A stretch of 62,917 bases of DNA, counting the filler, from Octopus bimaculoides (Eukaryota), in assembly GCF_001194135.2 (NCBI RefSeq). It is 4 parts of 4 records of this genome, joined end to end, with 100 filler letters (N's around TTAATTAATTAA, not from the genome) between each part and the next. Parts side by side here need not be neighbours in the genome. Positions count along the whole stretch, not along the records: positions 1 to 26,895 come from NC_068988.1; 3 more parts are not named here. One strand, given 5' to 3'. The number at the start of each line of letters is the position of its first letter. Positions within the stretch are counted from its first letter, which is position 1. Under the pieces are notes generated by a model. It made no database searches, was not told the origin of the DNA, and was given only the letters and a program-made list of their open reading frames with translations. Below are positions 1-13,800 of the stretch, piece by piece. The position numbers were made by a program, and so were the translations under genes.

Positions 1-162
1 GTGTACTGTCTGTATTGGTAAAGCCGTGTACTGTCTGTAGTGGTAAAGCCGTGTACTGTCTGTAGTGGTAAAGCCGTGTACTGTCTGTAGTTTATCCGTG
101 TACTGTCTGTAGTGGTAAAGCCGTGTACTGTCTGTAGTGGTAAAGCCGTGTACTGTCTGTAG
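1..162. repeat. 25-bp minisatellite GTGTACTGTCTGTAGTGGTAAAGCC (about 6.5 units, one 22-bp variant)
   Basis: Units start at 1, 26, 51, 76 (short), 98, 123 and 148 (partial). Confidence 0.95.
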
Positions 163-224
<62 letters not shown>

Positions 225-420
225 GGTAGAGGTCGCACAGTATACAATATTGTGAGGTTGTTGATTGAAGATATTGTGTCTACCGGGGATTTGTACTGTT
301 TGTCAAGTCATAACAACGACCTAAGACAGACAGTACTTTACGCAATATGCGTGCAGTCCTAAGTAATGCCGACTTTTGCAATACATTTAGATTGTAGGGT
401 ATTTCTAAGATCTTCAGGTG
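163..420 (-). mobile_element. 3' end of Dong/R4-like (RLE) non-LTR retrotransposon with (TAA)n tail
   Basis: Minus strand reads LEIPYNLNVLQKSALLRTARILRKVLS, the typical RLE-LINE C-terminus, followed by a 3' UTR and (TAA)n at 163-223. Confidence 0.75.
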
Positions 421-1169
421 CTGGTGTTGTTAGTATTGTTATTGTTTAGTCTCAGACGAGCCCTTATTAAGCAGCCCTGTAGTTTAACGTTCTCTCTAGT
501 TTCGACCATTCCCTCTTTTATTCAGAGACAGTATCTAGGATTACATTATCTAATATGTCCTTTTTAAAAGACTGTAATGTGCGAGTTGATGATTTGATTG
601 TTATTTCTAGCAGCTTGAGTTAATACATGGATGCTTCTTTGCTGAGTTGGCGTTTTGTTGTTAATCCATATGGTGCCTTTTAGTATGCAAGTCGAGGATT
701 ATCCACCCTGCGCCTCTACTCTTGACATGCCTGCAATCCACTCGTTATATCTCTTCAAGTATCAGCTATAAAACCTCTTTGAAAACAGATTTTCTCCTGC
801 TAGAGGCTATTATAATCAGTACGGTACATCAACCTTATGTATTTATACAATGTTTCTACTGCTTGCAGTAACCAGCCACTCCTCTTTCTCTCTCCGCGGT
901 ATACACGTTATCTTGAACAAACAGTCAACACAATACCCTGCCGCATTGTATCATCAATAACACAGCTTCTCTGCCGCCTACATCAATAAATCACACTTCT
1001 TTCTCTCTCAATTGTGCTTTCGTTAACTTGAAAGAAAGAAGGCACAGTACGCTCGTCAATTTTACCCTTTTGCTCTTTCTTTCACATTACACAAATAGAC
1101 CACATTTCTTTTGTTTCTCTATAGGAACTATCTTAGCTTAAAGGAAGAGGTTACTCTCACTAAACATTT

Positions 1170-1362
1170 ATTTATTACATGTTTCAATCATGAGATTGAG
1201 GTCGTGCTGCAGCACCAACTTGAAGAATTTTAGTCGAACGAATCGACACCAGGACTTATATTTTTAAAATTTGGAACTTATTCTATCGGTCTCTTTTGCC
1301 GCAAAAACACCAACTCTGGTTGCCAAGCGGTAGTGGGGCAAGCATACGCACGCACGCACGCG

Positions 1363-1405
<43 letters not shown>

Positions 1406-1587
1406 ACACACCCACATACACACACACATACATACACACACACGACGAGCTTTCAGTTTTCGTCGACCAAATCCACTCACATTCGGAGCTATTGTACAAA
1501 ACACTTGCCTAAGCTACCACGCAGTAGAACCGAACCCAGAATCAGGTGATTTGGAAGCAAACTTACCACTCAGCAACGCTTGCGCCT
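1170..1587 (-). mobile_element. SINE family B (tRNA head, internal CA/TG microsatellite), degenerate copy
   Basis: Shares ttctatcggtctcttttgccg, ccaaatccactcaca and acacttgcc blocks with the copies at 40525 and 46485. Confidence 0.8.
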
Positions 1588-2531
1588 TATATATCCTCTT
1601 TGTATCAAATAGCCATTGTGGTGTCACAAAACAGAGTAACTACTGAGGAAGATTATTGCTACTGAGACAAGAAGAAAAATGCTACGTGGCCACTTCAACT
1701 TCTAGAAGCTTATTTGACTGCTCTTTCCGGGATGGAGATAAACAAACGCATTAGTGCCCTCTCTATGATTTGACAGACAAGATGTTGGGCCACAGTCAAA
1801 TGACTGAAACAAGTAAAAGAGTAAAAGAGTATGTCAGCTTTTGTAATATTACTCTAATGAAACCCGAACAATAAAATATAGCATTTAAAAAAAATCAAGG
1901 CCTAACAGAGCCAGGGCTTGGTGCATGGCATTTCTTATGATTTATGTGGCTGGGAAGATCATTTTCAGGTCCTCCAAGAATGGAGAGAGGGGGAGGAGAA
2001 AGGACGAGTTCTTTGTCAGAGTTTTCGATAATAGTGGGATGAAGAGATGAAGTGATATTCAGACTTGGATACAGAAACTCAAGGATTTCAGTCGGTGGTG
2101 TTAAACAGGGCCAAGAATTAAGTTTAATATCGAAGAACAAGTGCAGTCAATATGATTGGATTCCAGAGTTATCGGTTTCTCAATCTCATTACCACATTAT
2201 AGCCAAGCGAACCTCTTAACCGTATGGTAATGCCTTGCGGTTTACGCTAGTATAACGGATGATGATGATGATGATATTAATGACCATAAAAAGGAGGGGG
2301 ATAATGATGATGGTGCTGTTGTGGTGGCAGTTTTGATAATGATGATGATAATGATGATGATAATGAGGAGGAGGACATTGTTATTTAATATACGCTAAGT
2401 ATCATAATTAATAAAAAAAATAACAATAAAAAATTGGATGAGGAACAAAAAACCGTACATGAATAGTATTTAGCAAAACCAAAGATATAATTGTAATGAT
2501 TTCTCGCATAACCACAATAATAATATTATTA

Positions 2532-2572
<41 letters not shown>

Positions 2573-3494
2573 TGGAATCCTGCCAAATCTTCTGGGAAGT
2601 TCAAATATATATTTTATTTGATAGAGTGGTAGCTTGGTTTTCACTAGTAGTCTATTATGGCAATGTTCTACAAGGTCGGAACCAATTTCTTCTTCAATCA
2701 ACACATTGTTTTCCGTTTTTTCTTTGATATCATTCAGGATATTCATTGGGTTTTCATTTCGATTCTAAAGTCTCTTGCTATCGAAGCGATAATAGGGCTC
2801 CTTTTAATGTCTCTTGCTTGTCTTTTGTCTAAGCTCACACTTCTTTCTATGTCAGTTTACGATGGTTTGCTGTCCATTTCTTTTTCGTGGTTGTAATAAA
2901 AAGGAGTAGGAGTACTTGCGTAGGAGATAGGTTTCCAGGTACTTGCTTCAAGTCGAGGCAAAGTTTCAGGCTTTTCTCGGAACTGCAATCCGTGATGTCT
3001 TGAAAATAGCAATTCTTCCAGCCTGCTATTGCTTCTTAGCTGTTCCAGATTCTCCGGGCAGAAATCGATCAATATGTCGTTTAAATACTTCTTCAAATAC
3101 GTTATCTTGCACCATACTGCCCACACAATACCTTACAGTTTCCAAAAGCTCTGAAGTCTTTGGAAGTCATCAGAACCTGCATGCTTATGCATACCTTATT
3201 TGACCACATGTTGTTTCGTGACATCTCCGTGCTCACACCTGTCTTTACTTAGCTACAAATGTAAAAACTTGACCACGAGAGTGAACATCATTGCTAATCT
3301 CTCTGATCATGACTCTATTATTCCGAATCCCCTTATATCCTGTCCATATATTAATTGCCCTTCAATCTGCACTTTATCTTTCCCTTCCCTTTCTGCCAGT
3401 TCTTTCAAATAGTTCCTCAATCATTCGCTGACTAACTACAAATTTTCTGAAGTTCAGGGAAGGTAAGGACTCCTCTTCAAATGGCCTTCTGCCT

Positions 3495-3740
3495 AAATAC
3501 CCTCGGATTCGAACTCAGAACGTAAAGATTGACGAAATCCGCTAAGCATTTTGCTCGGCGTACTAAAGATTCTACCAGCTCGCCGCCTTTATTTGCGCTT
3601 TGTAACAAACCTTCCTACTATAGGCACAGAACATGAAATTTTGGGAGGGGCATAGTTGATTACATCAACCCCTGTATTCAACTAGTACATATCATATCGA
3701 CATCGAAAGGATGAAAGGCAAAGCCGACCTCGGCGGAATA
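3495..3740 (-). mobile_element. Two partial SINE family A copies
   Basis: gaactcagaacgtaaag...accagctcgccgcc and ggatgaaaggcaaagccgacctcggcggaat blocks are shared with many copies in the window. Confidence 0.8.
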
Positions 3741-4359
3741 CGCTTTGTAATAATAGCAAAGCAACATCTTTAATATATTTTATGAAATTGTAGAAGTCTG
3801 TTATTATTTATATCACTTGTTTTTGTGTCACGTTTTTTAGGTGTCAAATTGTTGCTGTCTGAGCTTCTAAATGTACCAATTTGTTTCCTTAATATTGTTT
3901 TGTTTAATTTTGTTGCAATTTTATATATCGTCTCTTTTATACATTCATTTCCGTATATTTGATTTTTCTTTTTTTTTTTTTTGCTCTGGGGGCGTATCCA
4001 ATATTAATTCTTTTCTTGTTATTACCTCTCACTAATTCTTCATTACGAGAATTCCTATTGAATAAAGTATGAATGCATGAAAATTTCTCAGTAAAAAAAT
4101 AAAATATCGCATAAAAGACAAGTTCTTTGTTTACTACAATAATTGGGAAAGACGACCACACTTTCTGAAAACTCCTTCTGAAAATTAATAATAAAAAAAA
4201 AAGAAGGAAAAACAGAAATAGTTCATCCACGTTATACTTGATAAAAATTCCATTTTCTCGGGGGAATGGTCTGGAAACACGTCCATTCATTCCAAAACAT
4301 CAACGATAATAATAATGACAGTTAATAACAACAACAAAAACAACAACAGCAGCAGAAGC

Positions 4360-4418
<59 letters not shown>

Positions 4419-5444
4419 AGATAATGTAGATATAGATATAAAATATCCGCATTTATTTGGAAGAGATTATGTTTGGCATTTCATATACAAAAAAATATAT
4501 ATAATAAAAATGAAAGAAAGAAAAGATGGGAAAAAAATCAACTTTAGAAAACAGTTCTCCTTCAGCTTCCTTTCAATAGTGATGATGGTGAGTGTGTTTA
4601 TGACGGTTACAGCTATTAGCCTTGGTTAATATCAATAAATCGATTAGCAATGATGTATATGTACGGCTGTATGCGGATGTGTGTACATGCATGTGTCTAT
4701 TTTTTCTCCCTGTAATGGTTACGAACCAAACTGAACGCAACCTGTATTCTGACATCTTTAATTGTGTTTAGGATAACAATATACGTATAGTAAATACGAG
4801 TACAGAAGAGTGTTTGTGTTTTTATATGTGTGCTTGGGTGTTGGTATACAGAATGAGTGAGAGAGAAATTAACCTGCGTTGCGCGAGTGCTGCTTTCCTT
4901 GGAATCTGGTCGTAAAGAGGGATTCTGTATCGCAAAACGTATTTTTTAATAACGTCTATGTAAACTGACTTCTATGTAACATGAATCACCAACGGAAAAG
5001 GTGTTTTGTGTCAAGCAATTCGACATTACCTCAAGACTTTCTGTAATAACAACATTACACACACACACGCGCACACATATGTTTATGTGTGTCTGTGCAT
5101 AAGGTTGTTTCTTGAAGAAAACAATAGTTGACGATGATAACACATATTTATTATATATATCTGAGCAGACAACTGTTCAAGTATTTGGCTGATATTCAAA
5201 CTTAATTTGAAAAAACGCAAACTGAGAGAGAGAGAGAGAGAGATAGAGAGAGAGACAGAGAAAGAGAGAGAAAGAGAAAGAAAGAGAAAGAGACAGACAG
5301 ACAAACAGACACATGTAGACTTTATATATATATATGTATATATATATCTGTATATATATTATATATATATAGTTTTTATACACAAATTTATNNNNNNNNN
5401 NNNNNNNNNNNNNNNNNNNNNNNNNNNNNNNNNNNNNNNNNNNN

Positions 5445-5506
<62 letters not shown>

Positions 5507-6710
5507 TTTGCATGCATATATGCATTTTCTAGTTTTGTACAACAGAGATTAAATCAAAAGGACTTGAATAAAATTAAATATTACAAAGCCTTACTGTGCT
5601 TGAAATAATAATGTAAACACAGAGGGTTTCTATGCTACTGGTGCGCGGAAAAATATCGGTGGGTGTCTCTGATGAGCCATTTCACAGTTTGAGATGACTC
5701 CTTAACAAACTTGACGTACTTGCAGTATTTAACCTACTTGGCTTCCTACACGAATCGTCAGCATAGATAAAGAGCTATATAAAGGAGTCATAAATTAGGC
5801 TCTGCACACGATGCTAGTTTACTTTATACATGGTTTATATAGCACCTGATCTGTACAATTGATTAGAAGCCGGGTATGTTTTCTCTGAGAAGTGGTCAAC
5901 GAACCCTGATTGGTCTATCGGGAGACAACCTTGGTCTATTTCTGTACATCAATATCATATTTAAAAAAATGTAACGATGTTCCTATATTCTTATTTCACA
6001 CAAAGTGAAGTTTTGTATATTTAGATATATTTTGGAGATACCTACATATACATTTACATACATATATATTGTTATATATACACACACGTTGTCATATATA
6101 TATATTTACAGTGCTATTCTTAGTGACGTTTCCCATAGATATTTGTCCCGTTATTGTAATCCATAGGCTCAGTGTGACAGTGTATACCATAATGCTGAAC
6201 TTTTTAATTTAGAGGTACAGTCAATCTACCTAATTATAATAATGAAACTTGGTTTCTTTCTATAAATGAACAGATATATGCGAGCAAGAACAAGCATACG
6301 CATACATTTACACATACACTCATTTACACATCACAGACACACATTCAAGCACACAACCATAAGCTGTTATATAAGTATTTTTAGACTCGTTATGAAGATA
6401 ATTATGGATTGTATTTTCGGCTATTTTAGTTCATGTCTTTTAGTTTTCTCTGATGAATTACACAGCCAAAGGACACAGGATTGCTGAACACCTTGGATAT
6501 ATCAAATTATATAAAACATAGACAGCATGGCACCATCCCAAATTGAATCTAATATAAGCAATATGACTGGCATAACGTTTTCGCTGATTATTCGAAAAGC
6601 GCTTGAAATCAAATTAGGCCTTTATCAATAAAACGATATTTAAATGTAAATCAGATACAGTATATTCGCATAATCTGTAAATATGCACACACAAATATAT
6701 ATGTACACAC

Positions 6711-6713
6711 ACA

Positions 6714-6787
<74 letters not shown>

Positions 6788-6876
6788 NNNNNNNNNNNNN
6801 NNNNNNNNNNNNNNNNNNNNNNNNNNNNNNNNNNNNNNNNNNNNNNNNNNNNNNNNNNNNNNNNNNNNNNNNNNNN

Positions 6877-6959
<83 letters not shown>
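6711..6959. repeat. (CA)n - gap - (TG)n microsatellite; representative of very many CA/TG, TA, GA, ATT, TATG and GATA tracts in the window
   Basis: Seen directly. Confidence 0.95.
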
Positions 6960-6962
<3 letters not shown>

Positions 6963-7507
6963 ACAGAAAAAGAAAGCACGCAATACTGAAAAGAACATGA
7001 TAAAATTTGTTGAGAGAAGAAACTTCAATATTCCAAAATTGTAATTACTAACCTTCTGGTAATAATGAAAAAAAGTAACAAAAATATTTGGTATACAAGG
7101 ATCATATAGTGAAAATACGTTTGAATGTTGTAAAGAACGCTGGTTTTCTCACATGAGATAGCATCTAAATATTGTTCGTAAATCAAGGAACATTGAAAAC
7201 TTCACAAAGTAAAAACGACGTTAAAACGGTAATGATTGATACCAAAGAATATAGGAATGGAATGAAAAATTATATATATATTCCATATATATGCATGTAT
7301 GTCATTATTCAACTTTATTTCAAGATTTCTTGCCAATAGAGAGAGAGTCGATTTCTAACTCAGATCCAAGGCTCCTCCATGGGAATTTCAATGTATGTAT
7401 GTATGTATGTATGTATGTATGTATGTATGTATGTGTATGTGTGTATGTATGTATGTGTTTATGTATGTATGTGTACATGTGTATGTATGTATGCTTGTGT
7501 GTTATTT

Positions 7508-7631
7508 CTCTACTACCCACAAGGGGCTACACAGAGGGGACAAACAAGGACAGACAAACGGATTAAGTCAATTATATCGACTCCAGTGCGTAACTGGTAC
7601 TTATTTAATCGACCCCGAAAGGATGAAAGGC
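7508..7631 (-). mobile_element. SINE family A, 3' part with alternative tail, cut by gap
   Basis: actggtacttatttaatcgaccccgaaaggatgaaaggca. The tail matches the reverse complement of 38060-38130. Confidence 0.8.
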
Positions 7632-7877
7632 ANNNNNNNNNNNNNNNNNNNNNNNNNNNNNNNNNNNNNNNNNNNNNNNNNNNNNNNNNNNNNNNNNNNN
7701 NNNNNNNNNNNNNNNNNNNNNNNNNNNNNNNNNNNNNNNNNNNNNNNNNNNNNNNNNNNNNNNNNNNNNNNNNNNNNNNNNNNNNNNNNNNNNNNNNNNN
7801 NNNNNNNNNNNNNNNNNNNNNNNNNNNNNNNNNNNNNNNNNNNNNNNNNNNNNNNNNNNNNNNNNNNNNNNNNNNNN

Positions 7878-7932
<55 letters not shown>

Positions 7933-8150
7933 CGTGCGTGCGTGTGTGTTTGTCTCCCACCACTGTTTGACAACAGTATCAGTGTGTTCACATCCCCGCC
8001 ATATAGCGGTTCGGCAAAAGAGACCGGTCGAATAAATACCAGGTTTTAAAAATTAAGTAATGGAGTCGATTCATTAGACTAAAACATTCTACAAGGCGGT
8101 GCCTAGCATGGCCACAATCTAATGACTGAAGCAAGTAAAGAATAAGAGCT
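7878..8150 (+). mobile_element. SINE family B, 3' half
   Basis: (TG)n then gcggttcggcaaaagagaccg...aaggcggtgcctagcatggccacaatctaatgactgaagcaagtaaa. Confidence 0.85.
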
Positions 8151-8767
8151 AAAACATAAAAGATACATGTAGATATATATGTATGTTTTTATATATGTGT
8201 GTATGCATGCTGTCAGTGGCGTATATGTTAAAAATAATCATACAAGAGAAATAATTCGTTCCATTTAAGTGTCTCTAATAGTTGAGAAAAAATATTAAAA
8301 ACTACATTAATTTCCTGAGAAACATAATTTGGAAATAAAACATTCGTAGAGGATATGTAGTAATCTAAAATTACTGAACATTCACCTAAACTACTGTTCA
8401 CTTGATACAATATCAATATTTTTATCGTTGAAACCTGGAGTACAATTTGAACGCAAAGTTCAACATACATAATCAGCGGTATAGTTGTGGGTGAATTCAT
8501 CGACTTTTGTAATAACCTCCAGTCAACTGTTGGTTGAAAATATCTACTGTAATGATTACCTATATGAAATTCCTAGCTGAGAGTAAGAAATTCCTTTAAT
8601 GTACTCCTATAGTAATCTCTTGTAATAAACTTCTCCGACAAGATCATATAATATACTACAGCAACTGATCCCTGAGTCAATGAAAGGAGGAAGAATGAGA
8701 GAACTTCTATTAGAAAATATCAGCTTAATACAACATACAACACAGTACTATGTAAAATATAATAGTG

Positions 8768-8985
8768 TACGCTGGGCTGCAGAAAAGGTCCGGGTTATAA
8801 GGGTATCGTGAAAAGCCTGGCTGAAGGTCCAACCTTCCGAGTTCTTTTACAGGGCTCAGAAAAACTGAAGGATCGCTGCTATAAGTGTGTGAATCTGAGA
8901 GAGGAATATGTTGAATAAAATCAAAAGTAAAATCTTCCTGTATTTTCTATTACGCAAAACCAGGAACTTTTCAGTACCCCTCGTG
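8768..8985 (+). mobile_element. Non-autonomous mariner-derived element (MITE)
   Basis: Imperfect TIRs tacgctgggctgcagaaaaggtcc / ccaggaacttttcagtacccctcgtg. The interior encodes LQGSEKLKDRCYKCVNLREEYVE*, like a mariner transposase C-terminus. Second copy at 38179. Confidence 0.75.
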
Positions 8986-9536
8986 ATCCAAGAAATACAC
9001 TATTACTGAGAAAATTATTTTATTTAGTCAACTGATCATATCTAAATGTGTTTCTAAGCAGTTTCGTTTAAATATCGCCACGCCGGTTCTCTACTCCAGC
9101 GTTTGAAGTATCGGTAATGTGAAACTTGCATTTATGACACAAAAATATTTAGCTTTTCATATAAAATATACACTTTCTACTTTATGTATGTCATACCATT
9201 TCCTTTTGTTGACAGATATTCTCCAACACACACACATACATTTATGTATGTATGTATATGGCGATACGTTTGCACAAAACCATACAGACATGCGTACATA
9301 TACACACTCATACTCACACACGCATATGAATATATGAATGATGAATGTAGTTGCTTGTAAAGACATGCATATGTGAATCTATGTATTTGTATACGTACAT
9401 GCAAGTATACGTTTGTCTTTCGCTTGCATGCCGTAACACAAGAGAGTATGTTGGTATTTTAAGTGGAAGAATTGCAGGGAATTTATGCTGAACTGCGAAA
9501 GCACATATTTATCGTTGATAAATACCAGCATAATAC

Positions 9537-9585
<49 letters not shown>

Positions 9586-9885
9586 CCACCCACGATCTAT
9601 CTCACACACACATACATAACAACACTCACACATACACACATATACAGACACATGCACACATACACACATATATGTACAATGCTGGGATTTATATAAGATA
9701 TGTGTATATGTATTTATGGTAAAAGTTCGGGAGAGAGGGAGGGAAAATAAGAATTCCTAACAGAAACTGGTTTGCAACATAAAAGATAAAAATACAACAC
9801 TTTAACATTCGGTCTTAAGACGTCGTTGTGTAGAAAGGTGTGGGAGAAAATAAAGAGAATAAGGATATATATATGTATGCAGAGA

Positions 9886-9928
<43 letters not shown>

Positions 9929-9938
9929 NNNNNNNNNN

Positions 9939-9975
<37 letters not shown>

Positions 9976-10293
9976 AGGGAAATGGGGTCAGGGGATAAAA
10001 AGAGATAAGGAAAAAAAGGGGGCAGGAGACGAAGTCACAGACAAAATTATGGTTTCAAAGCTAGAACAAAAGAAAAGAAGAAACGTTATGTGTGTGTGTG
10101 TAAATGTGTGTGTCTGTGTGTGTACGTGCGTGCGTGTGTGTGTGTGTATGTGTGTGTGTGTGCGTGTGCGTGTGTGCGTGTGTGTAAAAAATAATATTAA
10201 CTTCTAACGGAAGTCAATCTCAAAAGGGGGGAGATATATATATGTTGATAGAGTCATACAGTAAATATATTGATTCGTGACTGGATTATGTAG

Positions 10294-10361
<68 letters not shown>

Positions 10362-11098
10362 GTGTGTGTGTTTGAATATATATATATATATATGTATATA
10401 TATACATAATTACGTATGTATGTATGCATCTATGTATGTACCTAAAGTGCAATAGAGAAACATGAGATTGTATATCAAGAAATACATTGATGTATAACGA
10501 ACCATCTATGGCGTAAGGAATATACAGATTCCTATAATATCCACATAAAAGCAACATAAACGACAGCAGCAGAAACAACAAACTTAGCGGATTTGCAGAA
10601 TAAAGTGTTAGACAGAATTTCCGAGGTATTTACTTTAAAGTTCTGATTTCAAATCCGGCTAAGGTAAAAGTCTGCTTTTTAACGTTCCTGTTGATAAGAA
10701 CAACATCTTACCAACATTATCAACAACACTAACTAAAACATCATAAGCAATACTATAGTCAGAAATGATGTCAACAACAAACACAGCTACAACTTGGGAA
10801 GTCTAACAATATTCCTTCTTCATTACGAGATTGCAAGGAGTTATTAAACTCCCGCAGAAACACATTTGATACTCATCATTATTAATTACAACATTCGCCA
10901 CAACCATCACGATAATCATTGATAACAACAACGATAAATAACAAGAACAAGGACAATAATACTATAATAATGTCTTACTAATATATGCATAAAGTAGATT
11001 TTATGCATTTTATGTAGAAAAATTCGATGTCTATTGTACAGTTTCGCAGAAAGCTTTAAGTAATGGTTTCATAGATTCCACCTCAGTTGATTCATTAG

Positions 11099-11142
<44 letters not shown>

Positions 11143-12094
11143 TGTATGTATGTATGTATGTATGTATGCGTGATTTTGTCGTTTGTTATAGACGGTCTTT
11201 AAACATCTGTTTCTGAAAAGTTCCCTTCCAAGACATAGATTTGAGCATGAGCATAACAAAACATTCAGTCTGTGTATTCATTCAATGCGTTTTTTTTCTT
11301 TTTGGTCTATTATTTCAAGATCAATACGCATTCTAGAGTGTAGAGGCTACAGAGAGTATTTGAACATATAAAATGATGCTTCATTTAAATGTCGCCATTA
11401 AAAAAGTATAAAGTATATTGTTATTTAAGATAAAAGAAAGGAAAAGTAAAACCGAAATGCATGGCTAGTGTCGTTTCCATTATATTTTTCAATCTTCTAA
11501 ACGTACCAACATCTCGACAGAGTCCGTTTCAAAGTGTTTAGTATAAATTGTTTGATATATAATCAAAATAGTTTTAGTTCAAGTTTGCTGTACGGTAGCT
11601 GCATAACTAATTTTCCCAGCATCTTACTGTTAACTCGGCATAAGTTTAGTATTTCTGAATTCAAATAACTCGTAGATAGATAGATAGATAGATAGATGAA
11701 TTTACTCGTGTTAAAGAGAGCGATACAGAGATAGATAACAAAAAGTTAGGTATAAACACACGCGTACATACGCACATATTATGAGCGTGTATATGGTAAA
11801 TTTTTTTATAATACGAAGCAAAGGAACTCTAGATAAGTAGGCATGCGACTAATGCGATATAGTAAGTATAGCATTACGTTTAATAACTGGCTGATTTGAG
11901 AATTTATACTTTTCTGTAGAGATTATACAGATTACTGCACATAACTGTATATTCTTATACTAGAGATTTCTGTTTGGTGTGTTGCGTACATAGAATGTCG
12001 ATGAATACGTTTGGTGCTGGCATATAGAAGTTCGTTCGGTAATCTTGCGGTTGCTAATTCAGTTCTGTTGTGCGATCTTTAGGCATCTTATATC

Positions 12095-12510
12095 TTTTAT
12101 GCTTTACCTGTTTCAGTCATTTGATGGTGGCCATGTTGAGCCACCGCATTGAAGAGTTTTAGTCGAACAAATCGACCCCAGGACTTATTGTTTTAAAGTC
12201 TATCTGTTGCTTTTGCCGAACCGCTAAATTGCGGAGTTGTAAGCACACCAACACTGGTTGTCAAGCGGTAGTGAGGGACACAGACCAAAACACAGACACA
12301 CAACCTCCCCCCACACACACACACACACACCCACACATATATACACGAAGAGCTTCTTTCAGTTTCCGTCTACCAAATCTATTCATAAAGCTTTTGTCGG
12401 CCTGAGTTTATAGTAGAATATATTTGCCCATATTACCATGCTGTGGGACTGAAACCAAGACCATGTAGTTGGGAAGCATGTTTTTTACCATACAGCCACG
12501 CCCGCTCCTA
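12095..12510 (-). mobile_element. SINE family B, near full length
   Basis: tgtttcagtcatttg...(CA)n...cagtttccgtctaccaaat...gtgggactgaaacc...accatacagccacgcccgc. Confidence 0.85.
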
Positions 12511-12710
12511 TAATATATATTCTTTAAATATTTTCAGCTTTAAAGCTGCGATCATGCTGGGTCACCATTCGTCAAGAAAATGGTTAAATGAGGACAATGT
12601 TGTCCATAATATAGCAAAAGCCGAGATTGTATTGTTTTAAAAATTTTGATCATTGGTCTATCTGGTCAGGTGCCTAACACTGACATACTAACACATACCA
12701 ACACACACAC

Positions 12711-12749
<39 letters not shown>

Positions 12750-12857
12750 CGCACACGCACACACGCACACACACATACACATACACAAACTCACAAGTAA
12801 ACACTCCCACATACTGCACCACAACACGTTAGAGAATATAGAAGCACGGGTAATACC

Positions 12858-12898
<41 letters not shown>

Positions 12899-13399
12899 AA
12901 CAATACATAACGCAACATAAAGCCACAAACAATACACACATACTCGCAAGGAAAAACGTATAAACGCAAACCGCAAAAAACAACGTTTAAAGAGAAAGAA
13001 AACGACACAAAAAGTGAAGAAAAGAGAGTGATTGAGGGAGAAAGAAAAAATAACTTACGTAATACGTTATACATACTCGCCCATATAACTCCACACTCAC
13101 GCACATAAACTATCACATAAGCACAAGTATCACACACACACACACACACACACACACATCCCATGCTTTCACATATATTCATGTACATGCACACACACAC
13201 GCATACGTACATATGTAATACAATATAAACGCAACGAACACACATATACACATGCCCCTATGCATTCAATATATTTCTGAAGTTTGTAAAACATCTTAAA
13301 TATCTGAAACGTTATTCTGCGTTGATAATTCTATGTGTATTTGTTCTTTGTTCTTAATTCAATTATCAAAGCTTAAAATTACTATTTCGCCGAATACCT

Positions 13400-13800
13400 T
13401 ATAACAAAAAAGTCTTGATAATTGCATACTGTTGTAACATCATTCTCTTGTGCAACTCGTGTCGACCGCACCACAGTATATTCAAGGAATGACCAGACTG
13501 TTGGATCATGTCCAGCAACTTGTCGGTTGATAACGTGTTGATATATAACATGTGTGTGGGTGTGAGTGTGGGGGGGGGGGAAGGTTCTGTTCGCTTGTTG
13601 ATATGATCAGCAAAAACATCGCTTAATTCTGTGAGAATGAAATAGCATTTAATGAATATAGGAGTGAACTGCTTCAACTTTCATGCTCGGAACGATTACT
13701 GGATCGTTGGTTGTGCGCTGTACAAGCGCATCCGAATACCACACTCTGTAATTTTCGAACATGAAGAGGTTCACGTATAACTCTTGTATTCATTATAAAT
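13400..13800 (-). mobile_element. Possible decayed MULE-like transposase fragment
   Basis: Minus-strand peptides VWYSDALVQRTTND and INRQVAGHDPTVWSFLEY loosely resemble the recalled MULE C-terminal W..Y...RTNN / HP.IW.F motifs. Weak. Confidence 0.25.

Noticed and set aside
1-162. CRISPR-like regular repeats
   Set aside because: The units are contiguous with no unique spacers, there are no cas genes, and the context is eukaryotic.
5770-5915. TATA-like and CCAAT-like motifs as a promoter
   Set aside because: Such short motifs are expected by chance in AT-rich DNA. The order is not promoter-like and there is no linked exon.
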